The notes under the pieces are model-generated. The model saw only the letters and a list, made by a program, of their open reading frames with translations, was not told the DNA's origin and did no database searches. DNA of 64,000 nt. Source: Octopus sinensis (taxonomy: Eukaryota). The position numbers and the translations under genes are program-made. Location: contig NC_043022.1 in NCBI RefSeq assembly GCF_006345805.1, positions 18,538,001 through 18,602,000 on the forward strand, given 5' to 3'. The stretch's first letter is position 1. Every line of letters starts with the position of its first letter. Below, one piece after another: positions 11,334 to 24,020 of the stretch.

Positions 11334-11708
11334 CAAAGGTTCTCAACGAGGGCCATTTGGAGCTCGAGGCGGGCATTTTGGAGCAAAGGGGCACTTTTGT
11401 GCCAAAGAGCACTCTTTCGATAGACAACACGTTGATCTCATAAGTGTCGTGTAGTGTAAATACGCGTAATTACCAAACTTTCAATGCATTATTTCGTTTT
11501 TTGTTTTTGGCTTTTTTTTTTTGTATTTCACTTTGGTACATCTGTACTCCCGACTGCATATGTAAAACGACGTCCATTATTTTTTAATCATTATCTACTG
11601 ATATCAAAATAAGAAGTACATTGAAAAATAAAAATATTTTCTTGGGGGCCATTTGTGACTCCAAGGGTCAAAAGGGGGCCTTTGGCCAAAATGGGTTGGG
11701 AACCTTTG
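11334..11708. mobile_element. hAT-type MITE
   Basis: TIRs CAAAGGTTC(T/C)CAAC at both ends; perfect 8-bp TSD AACTAGAT (11326-33 / 11709-16). Confidence 0.9.
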
Positions 11709-12235
11709 AACTAGATAGCCTGCATCTGAACTAGCGGGTAAGTGGTTCAGCATTTCAAGGGTTCTTGGGTACATATACCCGACGTAATTCTGAGACGAGA
11801 TTAGCCAGACACTGATACAGTCTGTATAACAAGGCTGTGCCATTTTGATTTTCAGGTGCAATCAGACCGACAGGCTTCTATATAGTTTCTGTCCTACAGA
11901 GACTTGCAAACAGCTTGCTTGTGCAAGTGCATCAATTAAAATCTCTGCATACCAGACACCAGTAGGTTTCAGTGGGACATTCGGAGAGAATGTGCACCGT
12001 TTCTCAGTCTTCCTCTCGACGAATTTGCTACACACCGGCTTCTTATCATTGACCTGAGCCACCGCCTCCTCAGTTGACTAGTTTTCGCTCTCAGCACCAA
12101 TCCAAATGTGGAGTCGTGCATGTCTGACTTGCCATATTGGCAAACAGGTATCTACCTCACACCTTTGCATCATTTCTCTAACTCGGTTCCATCATCACTT
12201 TTCAGCCATGTATAATGGTTTTAAATTTTGACTCA

Positions 12236-12428
12236 AAGCCGGCAATTTCGGAGAGAGAGTAAGTCGATTACATCAACCCCAGTGTTTAACTGGTATTTAT
12301 TCTATCGACTCCGAAAAGATGAAAGACAAAATCGACCCCCGGCGGTATTTGAACTCAGAACGTAATACTGGAAGAAGTGCTGCTAAGTATTTTGCCCAGT
12401 ATCGTAAAGACTCTGCCAGCTCGCCACC
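12236..12428 (-). mobile_element. SINE-C, diverged
   Basis: Head AAGGTGGCGAGCTGGCAGAG, B-box and core matches. Confidence 0.75.
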
Positions 12429-13046
12429 TTTTAACATCCATATATAATAGCTGGCTCTCTCAGCTGCTGACTGGATCTATATCCAGATGACGTTTGCTGA
12501 ACAATGCTTCACGCCGATTGATATCAGCCACCGTTTAAGTCTGGGTTATTTCAATCACAAAATATGGGTCGACTCCAAGCTATAGAAAATGTCCAAGACG
12601 GCATGCATCTTTTTTTTTTATATGCCCTTCGCACTTTCTGTTTGTTTTCTACCCATAATCCTCCCGGTTGAAAAGGCTTATTTCTCTTTTCCCTTTAAGT
12701 TCACTTCTTGCACCATTAAATGTTATCATCGTCCTTAGTTTGCGTCGAAATACTTCGTCTATTACCCATTTATGGTATATTTTATTTTTCTGTAATGATC
12801 CTGTTCCATACCGTCATTCTTGTTAGCGTTCCATTTCGTAATTTTCATCCTTTATCTCTTTCGTGTTACTGCCAATGTCAGACACAGCAGTTCCGCTATC
12901 AGGTGTCGAAATCGCAGTAATATCTAGTTGAAGGGTCTCGCTCGTTTCGTTTTTGCATATTGTCTGTTTCTTATTTTGTATTTTGGTTTCTCTTTACCTT
13001 ATTTTCTCTTTCTTTCTATCTATCTCTGTCTCCCTGTTTCCCTATT

Positions 13047-13081
<35 letters not shown>

Positions 13082-13090
13082 TTATATATA

Positions 13091-13496
13091 GCGCAGGAGT
13101 GGCTGTGTGGTAAGTAGCTTGATAACCAACCACATGGTTCCGGGTTCAATCCCACTGCGTGGCATCTTGCTATAGCCCCGGGCCGACAAATGCCTTGTGA
13201 GTGGATTTGGTAGACGGAAACTGAAAGAAGCCTGTCGTATATATGTATACCTATATATATGTATGTGTGTGTGTTTGTGTGTCTGTGTTTGTTCCCCTAG
13301 CATTGCTTGACAACCGATGCTGGTGTGTTTACGTCCCCGTCACTTAGCGGTTCGGCAAAAAGAGAACGATAGAATAAGTACTGGGCTTACAAAAAGAATA
13401 AGTCCCGGGGTCGAGTTGCTCGACTAAAGGCTGTGCTCCAGCATGGCCGCAGTCAAATGACTGAAACAAGTAAAAGAGTAAAAGAGTAAAAGAGTA
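13091..13496 (+). mobile_element. SINE-B, full length
   Basis: GCGCAGGAGTGGCTGTGTGGTAAG...GGGTTCAATCC...GACTGAAACAAG(TAAAAGAG)3. Confidence 0.92.
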
Positions 13497-14357
13497 TATA
13501 TATATATATGTGTGTGTGTGGTGTGTGTGTGTGTGGTGTGTATTTAAATTTCGTGTAACGAAACACGAAAGCAACTTGTCGCAATTATGCATATTTCCAA
13601 GTTTGATAAGGTATTTACCATACCTGTTTTGTATGGAATACCTCTTGCTTTTCAATTTCTTTTTATCGCCTGTTGGAAGACGCTAGTCATAGCTTTGAAA
13701 TCTTCAAATATATCATGAAACACTTTAAAACAGATTTGCCTAAGTTTTCCACAGACTAAGATGTGTACTTGACTGCTAGTGTGTCTGTGTGTCTGTGTGT
13801 GTATGTGTGTGCGCACGCGCGCGTTTGATGTACATCATTTCCTTTAAAAAAAACCTACAAGCAATAAAAAAACAACATAAAACACACATACAAGAATCTG
13901 CTAACCCCACCACCACCACCTTCACCATCTCTACCATCCGGCCTACGCCATTTTTATCTCTACACCGTCCAGAGCAAGTTGAAGTAATCTAAAGAGGCAG
14001 TGTGATGGTGGGGGGGGGGCGGAAGAAGGCCGTGCCTACCCACGCCTCCCTAACGCCTCTCCCAATCTTACAATCACATATATTTCATACTGTCACACTC
14101 CCCCATACCATCACATACTAATCAACAGCCTCGCTGTGAAGATACGATCAAACTGGCACGTGGCTAACACAAACCACGTGACACTTGATCTTTAGCAGTC
14201 GGACATCTTGTTTCGCTTAAAGTTTTGCCTTTTTTTATTCTTTTTTCTTTGCCGTGTTATGTTTCTTTACTCTATTTTTCCCCCCATTTCAGTGTGTACT
14301 TGTGTGTGTCTGTGTGTGCATTGTGTATATATATATTTGTGTGTGAGTGTATGTGCG

Positions 14358-14391
<34 letters not shown>

Positions 14392-14392
14392 C

Positions 14393-14430
<38 letters not shown>

Positions 14431-14598
14431 TGAGATTGATTACAGCTGTTTGTAACATATTGCTTTGCTCTTTCCTTTCCTCTCATTCAATCTCCTTTTG
14501 CTTGCTTTTATCCTGTCTGTCAGTTTCTCTAGGAATATACACAACAACGAACACGCAGTCACACACACATTTAATAATATACATGTTTCTATTAGATA

Positions 14599-15150
14599 CT
14601 AGCAGTATCGCCCGGCGTTGCTCGGGTTTGTAAGGGAAATAACTATATAAGCATTTTTAGAGAGTTATAGCCAAAAAATGCATTAAAAATGGAAAAAAAA
14701 TTATGGTAAATTTTTTCTTAAATCGTTGACTCATCGTAGACATTTTCTGTTTTGGTGTCTTCAAGCCATGAAGTCGTTGTTCTAAAAGAACGCTGGTCTC
14801 CTTGACAACGCTTTACGACGTTGATTTCCTTACACTCCCTTCCCCACAGCTTCACGAGGGAGGGAAGAAGGGGGAGAAGCAACACAGGTGCAGCTGTGAG
14901 CGTGGACGCCAACTCCGCCGCCATCGACACACGAAAAAATATGCATTAAAATGGAATAAAAAATTATGTTAAATTATTTTTAAAATCGTAGACTCATCGT
15001 AGACGCGCGCTAATACCCAGACGGGCTCGAAATGAATCACGACTATAAGATACCCGAATTTGGTTAAACTGCACCGCAAAATGTGGGAGTAGTTAGGAAT
15101 CTAAATCGAAGGGACAGACACTCACACAACTACAGTTTTATATATATAGT
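14599..15150 (-). mobile_element. Non-autonomous Helitron (family H1), long variant
   Basis: Minus-strand 3' end CCCG-AGCAACGC-CGGG hairpin + GATACTG CTAG|T. Same family as 28343-28741 but with a different ~190-bp middle. Confidence 0.85.
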
Positions 15151-15551
15151 TATATATGTTATGTTATATTTGTTACACATATATGCATATGTATATAAAT
15201 GCGTGTAAGGGAGTATAGATATTCGCTGACTAAAATTCTTCAATGCGATGCCCCAGCATGGTCGCAGCCTAATGACGGAAACAAGTAAAAAAAAAATGAA
15301 AGAATATGTATACACATGTATAGCCTTTACTTCACATGTAGTCTACATGAATTGTTTACACTCCATTCTTTCTGTCTTTCTCTATCACCATACTTCATTC
15401 CGTCTTTGAATTGTATTGTTCCCATTCAACCGTCGCCTTCCTGGCGAATAAAAGATCGTTGTCGTCATCATTATCATCGCCTTCATCATCGTCGTCATCC
15501 TCCTCCTCATCATCATTATCATCATCATCATTATCATCATCATTATTATTA

Positions 15552-15740
15552 TTACTTCCGCCAAGAAAGGAGGTTATGTTTTCATCGGCGTTGGTTTGTC
15601 CGACTGCCCGTCTGTGTGCAAAATAACTCAAAATGTTGCAAACAGTATTTGATGAAACCTTCAGGAAAAGTTGGCAATGACACTAGGAACAGATGATCAA
15701 ATTTTGGTAGTGATCCGGGAATTTTTGTGGATTCTTGAAG
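15552..15740 (+). mobile_element. Helentron-associated (DINE-1/HINE-like) element, 5' part
   Basis: TTAC-TTCCGCCAAG..GGAGGTTATGTTTTCATCGGCGTTGGTTTGTC followed by a core; same 5' end as 16305. Confidence 0.7.
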
Positions 15741-15795
15741 GATTTACATTTGTTATATTTACTTTACATGATGTATTACAATGTTATGTTCTTAA

Positions 15796-16025
15796 GGCGG
15801 CGAGCTGGTAGAAACGTTAGCACGCCGGGCGGAATGCTTAGCGGTATTTCGTCTGCCGCTACGTTCTGAGTTCAAATTCCGCCGAGGTCGACTTTGCCGT
15901 TCAACCTTTCGGGGTCGATAAATTAAGTACCTGTAATGCACTGGGGTCGATATAATCGACTTAATCTATTTGTCTCTCCTTGTTTGTCCTTTCTGTGTGT
16001 AGCCCCTTGTGGGCAGTAAAGAAAT
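15796..16025 (+). mobile_element. SINE-C, monomer
   Basis: AGGCGGCGAGCTGGTAGAAACGTTAGC...GAGTTCAAATTCC...GTGGGCAGTAAAGAAA. Confidence 0.9.
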
Positions 16026-16304
16026 AACAATGTTATGTTCTTTGATTATCTCCCTTGAAAACACGCTCATCGTTTCAACGTATCCTATGGTGGCGTTGCT
16101 GTTTCCAAAGTTTATTTTCGTTCCTCTGTCAGCAATTTTACTCGCGTGGTGTGTGTATCACTCAAGCTTTAAGTAATTGTTGTTTCATTTTAGTTGTTCG
16201 GTGAAACTAGCTTGCTGTTGTCATTGATGTATTATAACTGCTTCCCATGATTCTGTTTTTAAAGGTGTTTTTTTTAATCATATGGCTGTGTTATTTTTTT
16301 TAAA

Positions 16305-16420
16305 CCCCGCCAAGGAGGTTATGTTTTTGCTGGCGTTGGTTTGGGAAATTGGGCGATTTTCAGCATGGGTGGAAATGAGCTGCTTGGCAGAGGTCTGCGC
16401 TCTCCGAGTGCTTTTCTAGT
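16305..16420 (+). mobile_element. Short Helentron-associated (HINE-like) element
   Basis: Subterminal inverted repeats CCGCCAAG / CTTGGCAG(AGG), 3' hairpin GCGCTC-TCC-GAGTGC, end TTTTCTAGT. Confidence 0.75.
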
Positions 16421-16440
16421 CATTATTATTATTATTTAAG

Positions 16441-16826
16441 GGAGGCGCAATGGCCCAGTGGTTAGGGCAGCGGACTCACGGTCATAGGATCGCGGTTTCG
16501 ATTCCCAGACCGGGCGCTGTGAGTGTTTATTGAGCGAAAACACCTAAAAAAGCTCCACGAGGCTCCGGCAGGGGATGGTGGTGATCCCTGCTGTACTCTT
16601 TCACCACAACTTTCTCTCACTCTTACTTCCTGTTTCTGTGGTACCTGTATTTCAAAGGGCCGGCCTTGTCACTCTCTGTGTCACGCTGAATATCCCCGAG
16701 AACTACGTTAAGGGTACACGTGTCTGTGGAGTGCTCAACCACTTACACGTTAATTTCACGAGCAGGCAGTTCCGTTGATTCGGATCAACCGGAACCCTCG
16801 TCGTCGTAACCTACGGAGTGCTTCCA
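16441..16826 (+). mobile_element. SINE-A, full length, tail X
   Basis: A/B boxes; 3' hairpin GTTCCG-TTGAT..ATCAA-CCGGAAC; TSD ATTATTTAAG (16431-40 / 16833-42). Confidence 0.92.
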
Positions 16827-17474
16827 CTATCCATTATTTAAGACGTCACTCGGTATCCAATATCGTGATATAGTTGATTGAAGATATTGTAGCTACCGGG
16901 AATTTGTACTGTCTGTCAAATCACAACAAGGACCTCAGACAGTTTACGCAATATGTGTGCAGTTCCAAATAATGCCTATTTTTGCAATAGATTAAAGAGT
17001 ATTTCTAAAGTTTCCAGATGTTTCTTCAGGTTGGGTCTATTGAACCTCATGCTCCAATGACAACAGGGACAACCTTTATGTTTGATTCACACAGCTGCCA
17101 CATAGAATTTTCTTCTGGTCGAGTAGCCCATCCCGCTCAAACGGTCCCCGAATAAGGGTTTCTTTAAGATGATGAACGAAACACCCGTGTTTCCAGAGGT
17201 GAATTATTCAAACCCCAAAGAATTCCTTTCAACACATGGCTATGATGCTCCCCCACTACTTCTGCTCATGATCAGATATGCACATATCGTCAGCCACTAA
17301 GGGACATGCCCAACTAGTTAAGGTCAAACAACAGACAAGCAAATCTGTGGTATTGAGCAGAATATTTGCTGTAGCCCATCTTTTATACCAAGACAAAACA
17401 ATGTTCATGGTAACACTTCCAATCAGTTAAGATCAGAAGCCATGAGAGCCACTGTCTGGTATTGTATCAGGGCA

Positions 17475-17512
<38 letters not shown>

Positions 17513-17514
17513 CA

Positions 17515-17740
17515 AGGCGATGAGCTGGTAGATTCGGTAACACGCGGAGCAAAGTGCTTCGCGGCATTTTGTCCGTCCCTACATTCTAACCTTCAAATTC
17601 TGCCGAGATCGGCTTTGCCTTGCAAACTTTCGAGTCGGGGTCGATAAAATATGTACTGGTTGTGTTGTCAACTAGGGTCGAGGTAATCGACTCCCTCACT
17701 CCGCTCCGCGAAATTGCTGGCCTTGTGCCAAAATTTGAAA
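17515..17740 (+). mobile_element. SINE-C, diverged
   Basis: AAGGCGATGAGCTGGTAGATTCGGTAAC...TTCAAATTC...GGGGTCGATAAAATATGTACTGG. Confidence 0.7.
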
Positions 17741-18134
17741 TCGCTGTTGTTCTGTTTCCTTTTCGCAATCAGTACTTATTTTTATAATTTCGTACGAAAT
17801 ATTCCTCGAAAACCTTAGGGAACATTTCCATGTACTCTGCGGCCCCTGTTTGTACAATTAATACCTCCTACCGCTACTATCCCCAGACTATGAAAATGCA
17901 ACAATAATAAAAGTAACGAAAAATAAACAACATCAACGAAGAGACATCAACAACAACAACAACAACAGCAAAAATAATAAATGAAATACAACAACAGCAA
18001 AAATAACAAACACAGTAAGGACGACGACGACAGCAACAACAGCAACAACATAGTAATCACCACTCTTAGCTGTACCAGTCCTAATTATTGCTAATTAAGA
18101 GTTATATGGTGAGAAGACTCCTGCTATTTCTTGT

Positions 18135-18480
18135 ATTTTTAGTTGGGCAGCGTAGGTGGTGGTGGTGGTGGTGGTAGTGACCGGTGGTGGTGGTGGTGGT
18201 GACCGGTGGTGGTGGTGACCGGAGGTGGTGGTGGTGGTGGTGATGGTGGTGGTGGTGGTGGTGACCGGTGGTGGTGGTGGTGGTAACCGGTGGTGGTGGT
18301 GGTGACCGGTGGTGGTAGTAGTGGTGGTGGTGGTGGTGACCGGTGGTGGCGGTGGTGACCGGTGGTGGTGGTGGTCGTCGTGACCGGTGGTGGTAGTAGA
18401 AGTAGTGGTAGTGGCTGCGATGATGATGTTGGTTGTCGTGGTTGGGACGTTGGTGGTGATGGTGGTGAGATATCATTTAA
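18135..18480. repeat. (GGT)n tract punctuated by recurrent GACC
   Basis: Unit ...GGTGGTGACCGGTGGT... repeated about eight times; source of the His/Pro/Thr ORFs. Confidence 0.9.
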
Positions 18481-18749
18481 ACAGTTATCTGACTTCACCT
18501 GTGCCTAACGTAGAAGCGACCTCCATCCCTACACACCTACACCTTGCACTCATCCATACACAAATCCACACTGACACCCGTCCCACTCAATTACCACACA
18601 CAGACACTGACACAGAAACCTACATACATCCAGACACACTTTGACATACACATATATACACATACGCAGACACACACACACTTACAGACATACACTGACA
18701 CTCAGCCACAAACAAAGACCGACATATAACCCACAGATTACAGCCTGTC

Positions 18750-18788
<39 letters not shown>

Positions 18789-18844
18789 CATATATATATA
18801 TATACATGTATATACATACAAACATACATATATATATATATATA

Positions 18845-19130
18845 CTTGTAGTGGTCTCTTTTGCCAAACCACTAAGTTACGGGACGTAAACAAACCAACA
18901 ACGGTTATCAAGCAGTGGAGTTGGGATGTCAAACACATAGCTAGACTCTTCCTCCATCTCTCTCAAATATCCACGACAGACTTCCTTATAGTTTCCGTCT
19001 TTCCACTTACAAGGCATTTGTCGTCTTGGGACCACGGTAGAAGACATCTGTCTAAAGTGATGTGCAGTGGGACTGAACCCGAATCCATGCGGTTGCGAAG
19101 CGAAATCTTTAGCCACACAGACATGCCTAT
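18845..19130 (-). mobile_element. SINE-B, diverged
   Basis: Matches the SINE-B body and head on the minus strand. Confidence 0.7.
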
Positions 19131-19383
19131 GCTTAGGGCAAGTATCTTCCTAAAAGCGACCAGCCTCGTCCTCAGCATCATGAGTAAAACTTAGTTAAGC
19201 GTAAACTGTGTGGAAGCCCATAGAAAGGACTGCTCCAAATTCCCCACTCATTTTTAGTGGGTGCTTGATTTGATTAGTCTCGTTTGTGTATATGTGTGTA
19301 TGTGTGTATATGCACAGACACGCACACACACACATACATATATATGTAAGTATACATGTGTGTACATGTGCACTCATACACAC

Positions 19384-19463
<80 letters not shown>

Positions 19464-19797
19464 AAAGAAACACACATATATATGAGCTAATAACTAAAAC
19501 GTCCTAATGACCGTATTTGCTGTTACTTCTAACGTTACAAATATTGTAAATAATCAAACACACCTTTTAATTACATAAATATTCATTCACTTTCCCTGTG
19601 TAATAAAATATCCAATTGATCCAATTTTCTGGCAACATATATCGTTATATTTTCCCACGGTCAGCGAGCAGAATTTTATACCTCCATGAACGACATCGCA
19701 GAAGGGACAAAATATCCTAGTTGACTTGATATTCAAAAAAAATTCTTTTTTAAATTTTGGAAATAGTGATTAAAGCCAAATTTTTGTTACACAAATG

Positions 19798-19853
<56 letters not shown>

Positions 19854-20728
19854 TCACTCACTCACTCACTCACTCACTCACACACACACACACGCACACA
19901 CACACACACACATTCATATGATGGTGTCTACTGAGGCAGAAACCTGTGTCCTTAAGTGCCCGTTTTTCTCTAGACAATCAGAACATCTTTTCTTTAATGA
20001 TAAGTCAATTTTGTGTGTTTGTCCCCAACACCCGCTTGACAACTGGTGTTGGTTTGTTTACACCCCCGCAATTTAGCAGCAAAAGAGACCAACAGAATAA
20101 GTTCCAGACTTGAAATTAAAAAACAAAAAAGGAAAAGTAGTCGGGTAAATTTGGTGGAGGAAATCGTTTGAGGTGATGCTGCAGCAGATCCGCAGTCCAA
20201 AGCCTGAAGCATGTAATTGGCAAAAAGGTAGAGTGTGTATGCATGCAAGTACGTCTGTAGTTATGTTTATAGTCGAGGCATTTCAAGAATGAAGAAGCAA
20301 GACGATATTCATGGAAAATAGGAAGAAGACGAGGATGCGATAAAAGAATAAAACGGAGGACAAAACAGAAGAGGATATCTACATCTTCCACCACCACCAC
20401 CTCTACCTCTACTAGCAGCAACAACAACAACAACAACATTACTTCATTAATAGTTAACAGACTGGGTTAGTGGCGGGGGCGGCGGGGGCGGCGGTGATGG
20501 TGGTGGTGGTGATGGTAGTGGTGACGATGGTCGTCGTCGTGATTGGTTGATAATGATGCAGAAGAGGAGAAAGAGAGGTTCTGATTTAAGGTCTGTGATT
20601 GCGGTTGAGTGGTAGTGGTGGTGGTGGTATAAATGGTGTCGGGAATAGTAGTGATGGCTGAAATGGCGGTGGTGTTGAGGAAGTTGGTCGTGATGATGGC
20701 AGTGCTTGTTATGTTGGTCATATATATA

Positions 20729-20764
<36 letters not shown>

Positions 20765-20983
20765 GCACAGACACAAGTAAGCACATAAGTGCAAAAGAAG
20801 GTGGCAAAAATAGTGCTAGAATACGAGTAGTGCTTCAGCAAAAGACACCGCTAGAATAAGTACTAGGTTTAAAAAAACAAGTAAATCCTATTATAGATTT
20901 GTTCGACTAAAACCCTTTAAGGCGGTGCCCCAGCACGGCCAGAGACAAATGACTGAAACAAATAAAGCATAAAAAGATTATAC

Positions 20984-21056
<73 letters not shown>

Positions 21057-21057
<1 letters not shown>

Positions 21058-21187
21058 GTTTACGAAAATAAACAAAAGACGAAGGCAGGTGGTCGAAGAG
21101 CGTAGGCTCGAAACGTAAAAGACTTGTTCTATTTCTATTCCTGAGTGCCATACTAATACATTTGTTTGTTTGTACTCCACCTGCCTT
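21057..21187 (+). mobile_element. Family-A Penelope-like element with inverted terminal segment, in (GATA)n
   Basis: 21057-21092 is the element's 3' end in antisense, joined to sense sequence starting inside the hammerhead core (GTCGAAGAGCGTAGGCTCGAAACGTAAAAG); AAGGCAGGTGG / CCACCTGCCTT inverted repeat. Confidence 0.7.
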
Positions 21188-21202
21188 AGATAGATAGATA
21201 TA

Positions 21203-21406
21203 GAGTAATCCCGCGACTATCGCGTGGGTTACGTTCAAAAACACCCCGCAATAGGTGAAAATCCGCGAAATAGAAGCAGTACTGTACTGTACATAATTTT
21301 AAAATTATTTTTATAATTTGTATATATTTATTTTATAATAAATGCAAAACAACACCACGGAGGAATCAATGTAAGCTTAAATCATAAACCGCGATATGGC
21401 GAGGGA
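21203..21406. mobile_element. Tigger/pogo-like MITE, right end clipped by SINE-B
   Basis: TA + (G)AGTAATCCCGCGACTATCGCG on the left and ACCGCGATATGGCGAGGGA on the right form imperfect TIRs of Tigger type. Confidence 0.6.
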
Positions 21407-21725
21407 GAGCAAGTGTCTTCTACTGTAGCCTCGGGCCGACCAAAGCCTTGTGAGTGGATTTGGTGGATTTGGTAGAAGAAAACTGAAAGCCCGTCGTATT
21501 TATGTATATGTTTGGGTGTTTGTGTTTCTTCCTCGCTTCATCGCTTGACAACCGATGTTGGTGTGCTTGCGTCCCCGTAACTTAGGGGTTCGGCAGATGT
21601 GACCGATAGAATAAGTACTAGGCTTACAAAGAATAAGTCCTGGGGTCGATTTGTTCGACTAAAGGCGGTGCTCCAGCATAGCCGCAGTCAAATGACTGTA
21701 ACAAATAAGAGTAAAAGAGTGAAAG
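21407..21725 (+). mobile_element. SINE-B, 5'-truncated
   Basis: Starts at GCAAGTGTCTTCTAC and ends with a GTAAAAGAG tail. Confidence 0.85.
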
Positions 21726-22234
21726 AATATATATATCTTAGAGAAGGAGAGAGAGAGAGAGAATATGGAGCATGTACGTGTGTTTGTGTGTATGTGTGAG
21801 TGTTATTTAGCAGGGCACGGTAGAATGAAGTGGGTGATAAGGATAGTAAACCAAAGTAGGCCCAATAGGGTGAGGGTTAGGGTTGGGTTAGGGTTAATAT
21901 TAGGGTAAGTCTTAATTTAAGGGTTAGGTTTTAGGGCTCGGCTCGGCTCAGAGATAACAGACAGTTTGTGGATGGTGTGGAAGTAGATTATCGCTATTTC
22001 GAGTGGCTGACTTTTAGCAGAAAGGTAAACTGTGGTCCCTACCCCCAGAACAGTCCCATCCCTTTTACACTCATAATTATATGAAATAATACCACAAATA
22101 ACAGCAACACCACCACCACCACCGCCACCGTTGCTAACAACAACGGCAACAACATCCCTTTCTGAATTCCAGCAGACTTCCTGCCTATCATCTTACATGA
22201 AATTTTTTTTTACCTGAAGTTCTTGGCTATGTAG

Positions 22235-22272
<38 letters not shown>

Positions 22273-22322
22273 ACACACATATATATATATATATATATAC
22301 ACAGACACACACATATATATAT

Positions 22323-22353
<31 letters not shown>

Positions 22354-22408
22354 ATAACACACAGACACACACACACCATATATATATATTATACACAGAC
22401 ACACACAC

Positions 22409-22441
<33 letters not shown>

Positions 22442-22672
22442 ACAGACCACACATATATAATATACACACACACACACACATAATATATATATAATTACAC
22501 ACACAGACACACACACCACACATATATATTATAATACACACAGACACCACACACATATATATATACACACACAGACGCACACGCACACATATATATATAT
22601 ACACACACACAGCACACACACACATATTATATAACACTACACACCCAGACACACACACACACACATATATAT

Positions 22673-22729
<57 letters not shown>

Positions 22730-23455
22730 GCACACACACAGACACCACACACACACACACACATATATATAATATATATAGATATACAAACACACAAACA
22801 TCTATGCATATGTACAAACATACATACGTACATACATGCGCATATATACGTACAGACACACATATACGGACACATCTCATATCTGAATGCGCACATAGGC
22901 ACTCAGGCGTGTGGGCGTGTGTGCACATATCCATCATTGTATTATATGTATGTATTTATTCATGTGTGATATACATGCATGCATACATACATGCGTACGT
23001 ACATATGATTCACTGCTACATTATTTAAACATTCACAGACATAACGTACGTCTGGGATCTTTCAGAGGTTATTTATGGACGTATAGGGTACGCGCATACA
23101 CATGTACACGTGAATCTGTGAGCGCGTGTGTTTCGTTTCATTGCCATTCATAACATTTTTTTTAAAAATTCACCATGAAGTCTTGTATGCTCTTGCGTGT
23201 ATGTGTGTGTATGTGTGTGCGTGCGTGCGTGTGTGGGTGTGTACATGTGTATATTTATGTATATATGTATATATCATATGAATGTCTGTATAAATGTATA
23301 TGTGTGTATATGCTTAATGTATGGATAAAAATCTACGTTTGTATATATATATATATATATGTGTGTGTATGTATATGTATATATATATATGTGTGTGTGT
23401 GTATATATATGTGTGTATATATATATATGTGTGTGTGTGTATATATATGTGTGTG

Positions 23456-23503
<48 letters not shown>

Positions 23504-23561
23504 TGTGTATATATATGCATATATGTGTATATATATATATATATGTATATGCATATATGTG

Positions 23562-23597
<36 letters not shown>

Positions 23598-23620
23598 TTA
23601 ATAAATAAAATAAAACATAT
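22235..23620. repeat. Compound (CA)/(TA)/(TG) microsatellite block
   Basis: Source of the long poly-(CV/YI/TH) ORFs. Confidence 0.95.
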
Positions 23621-23887
23621 GCATATATATAAACATATATGTACGTACCTACCTCTACATGTACATATACACGCATATATGAGTACAGGACACCAAAGGG
23701 ACGTCGAACACAATGAGAAACGAAAACATAAACACATAGTTACGTATAAGAGCATATGTCTGCCTGTGTGTATGTATTGAAAGGTGACTATTTCGAATGA
23801 AATAGCTTAAGAGTTCACCGGTGCTTTAATACCTAATGTAAATTCATGTACATGCAACTTCTAATCAAATATTCTTTTCTACTCTTG

Positions 23888-24020
23888 GCACAAGGCCCGT
23901 AATTTTGGAGAAGGGGGCCAGTTGATTAAATCGACCCCAGTATGCAACTGGTACTTAATTTATCGACTCCGAAAGGATGAAAGACAAAGTCGACCTCGGC
24001 GGAATTTGAACTCACAACGT
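23888..24020 (-). mobile_element. SINE-C fragment
   Basis: Core and B-box matches; head absent. Confidence 0.75.

Noticed and set aside
11720-12210. Unique block with ORFs 11862 and 11604 as gene or LINE
   Set aside because: Multiple stops in all frames and no motif I could match.
17050-17475. Probable interspersed repeat abutting (TAT)n; looked for an HDV-like ribozyme
   Set aside because: Only one copy in the window and no HDV double pseudoknot could be assembled, so left unclassified.
21950-22025. Frame RQFVDGVEVDYRYFEWLTFSRK followed by GTAAAC
   Set aside because: No polypyrimidine acceptor upstream and no homology recognised.
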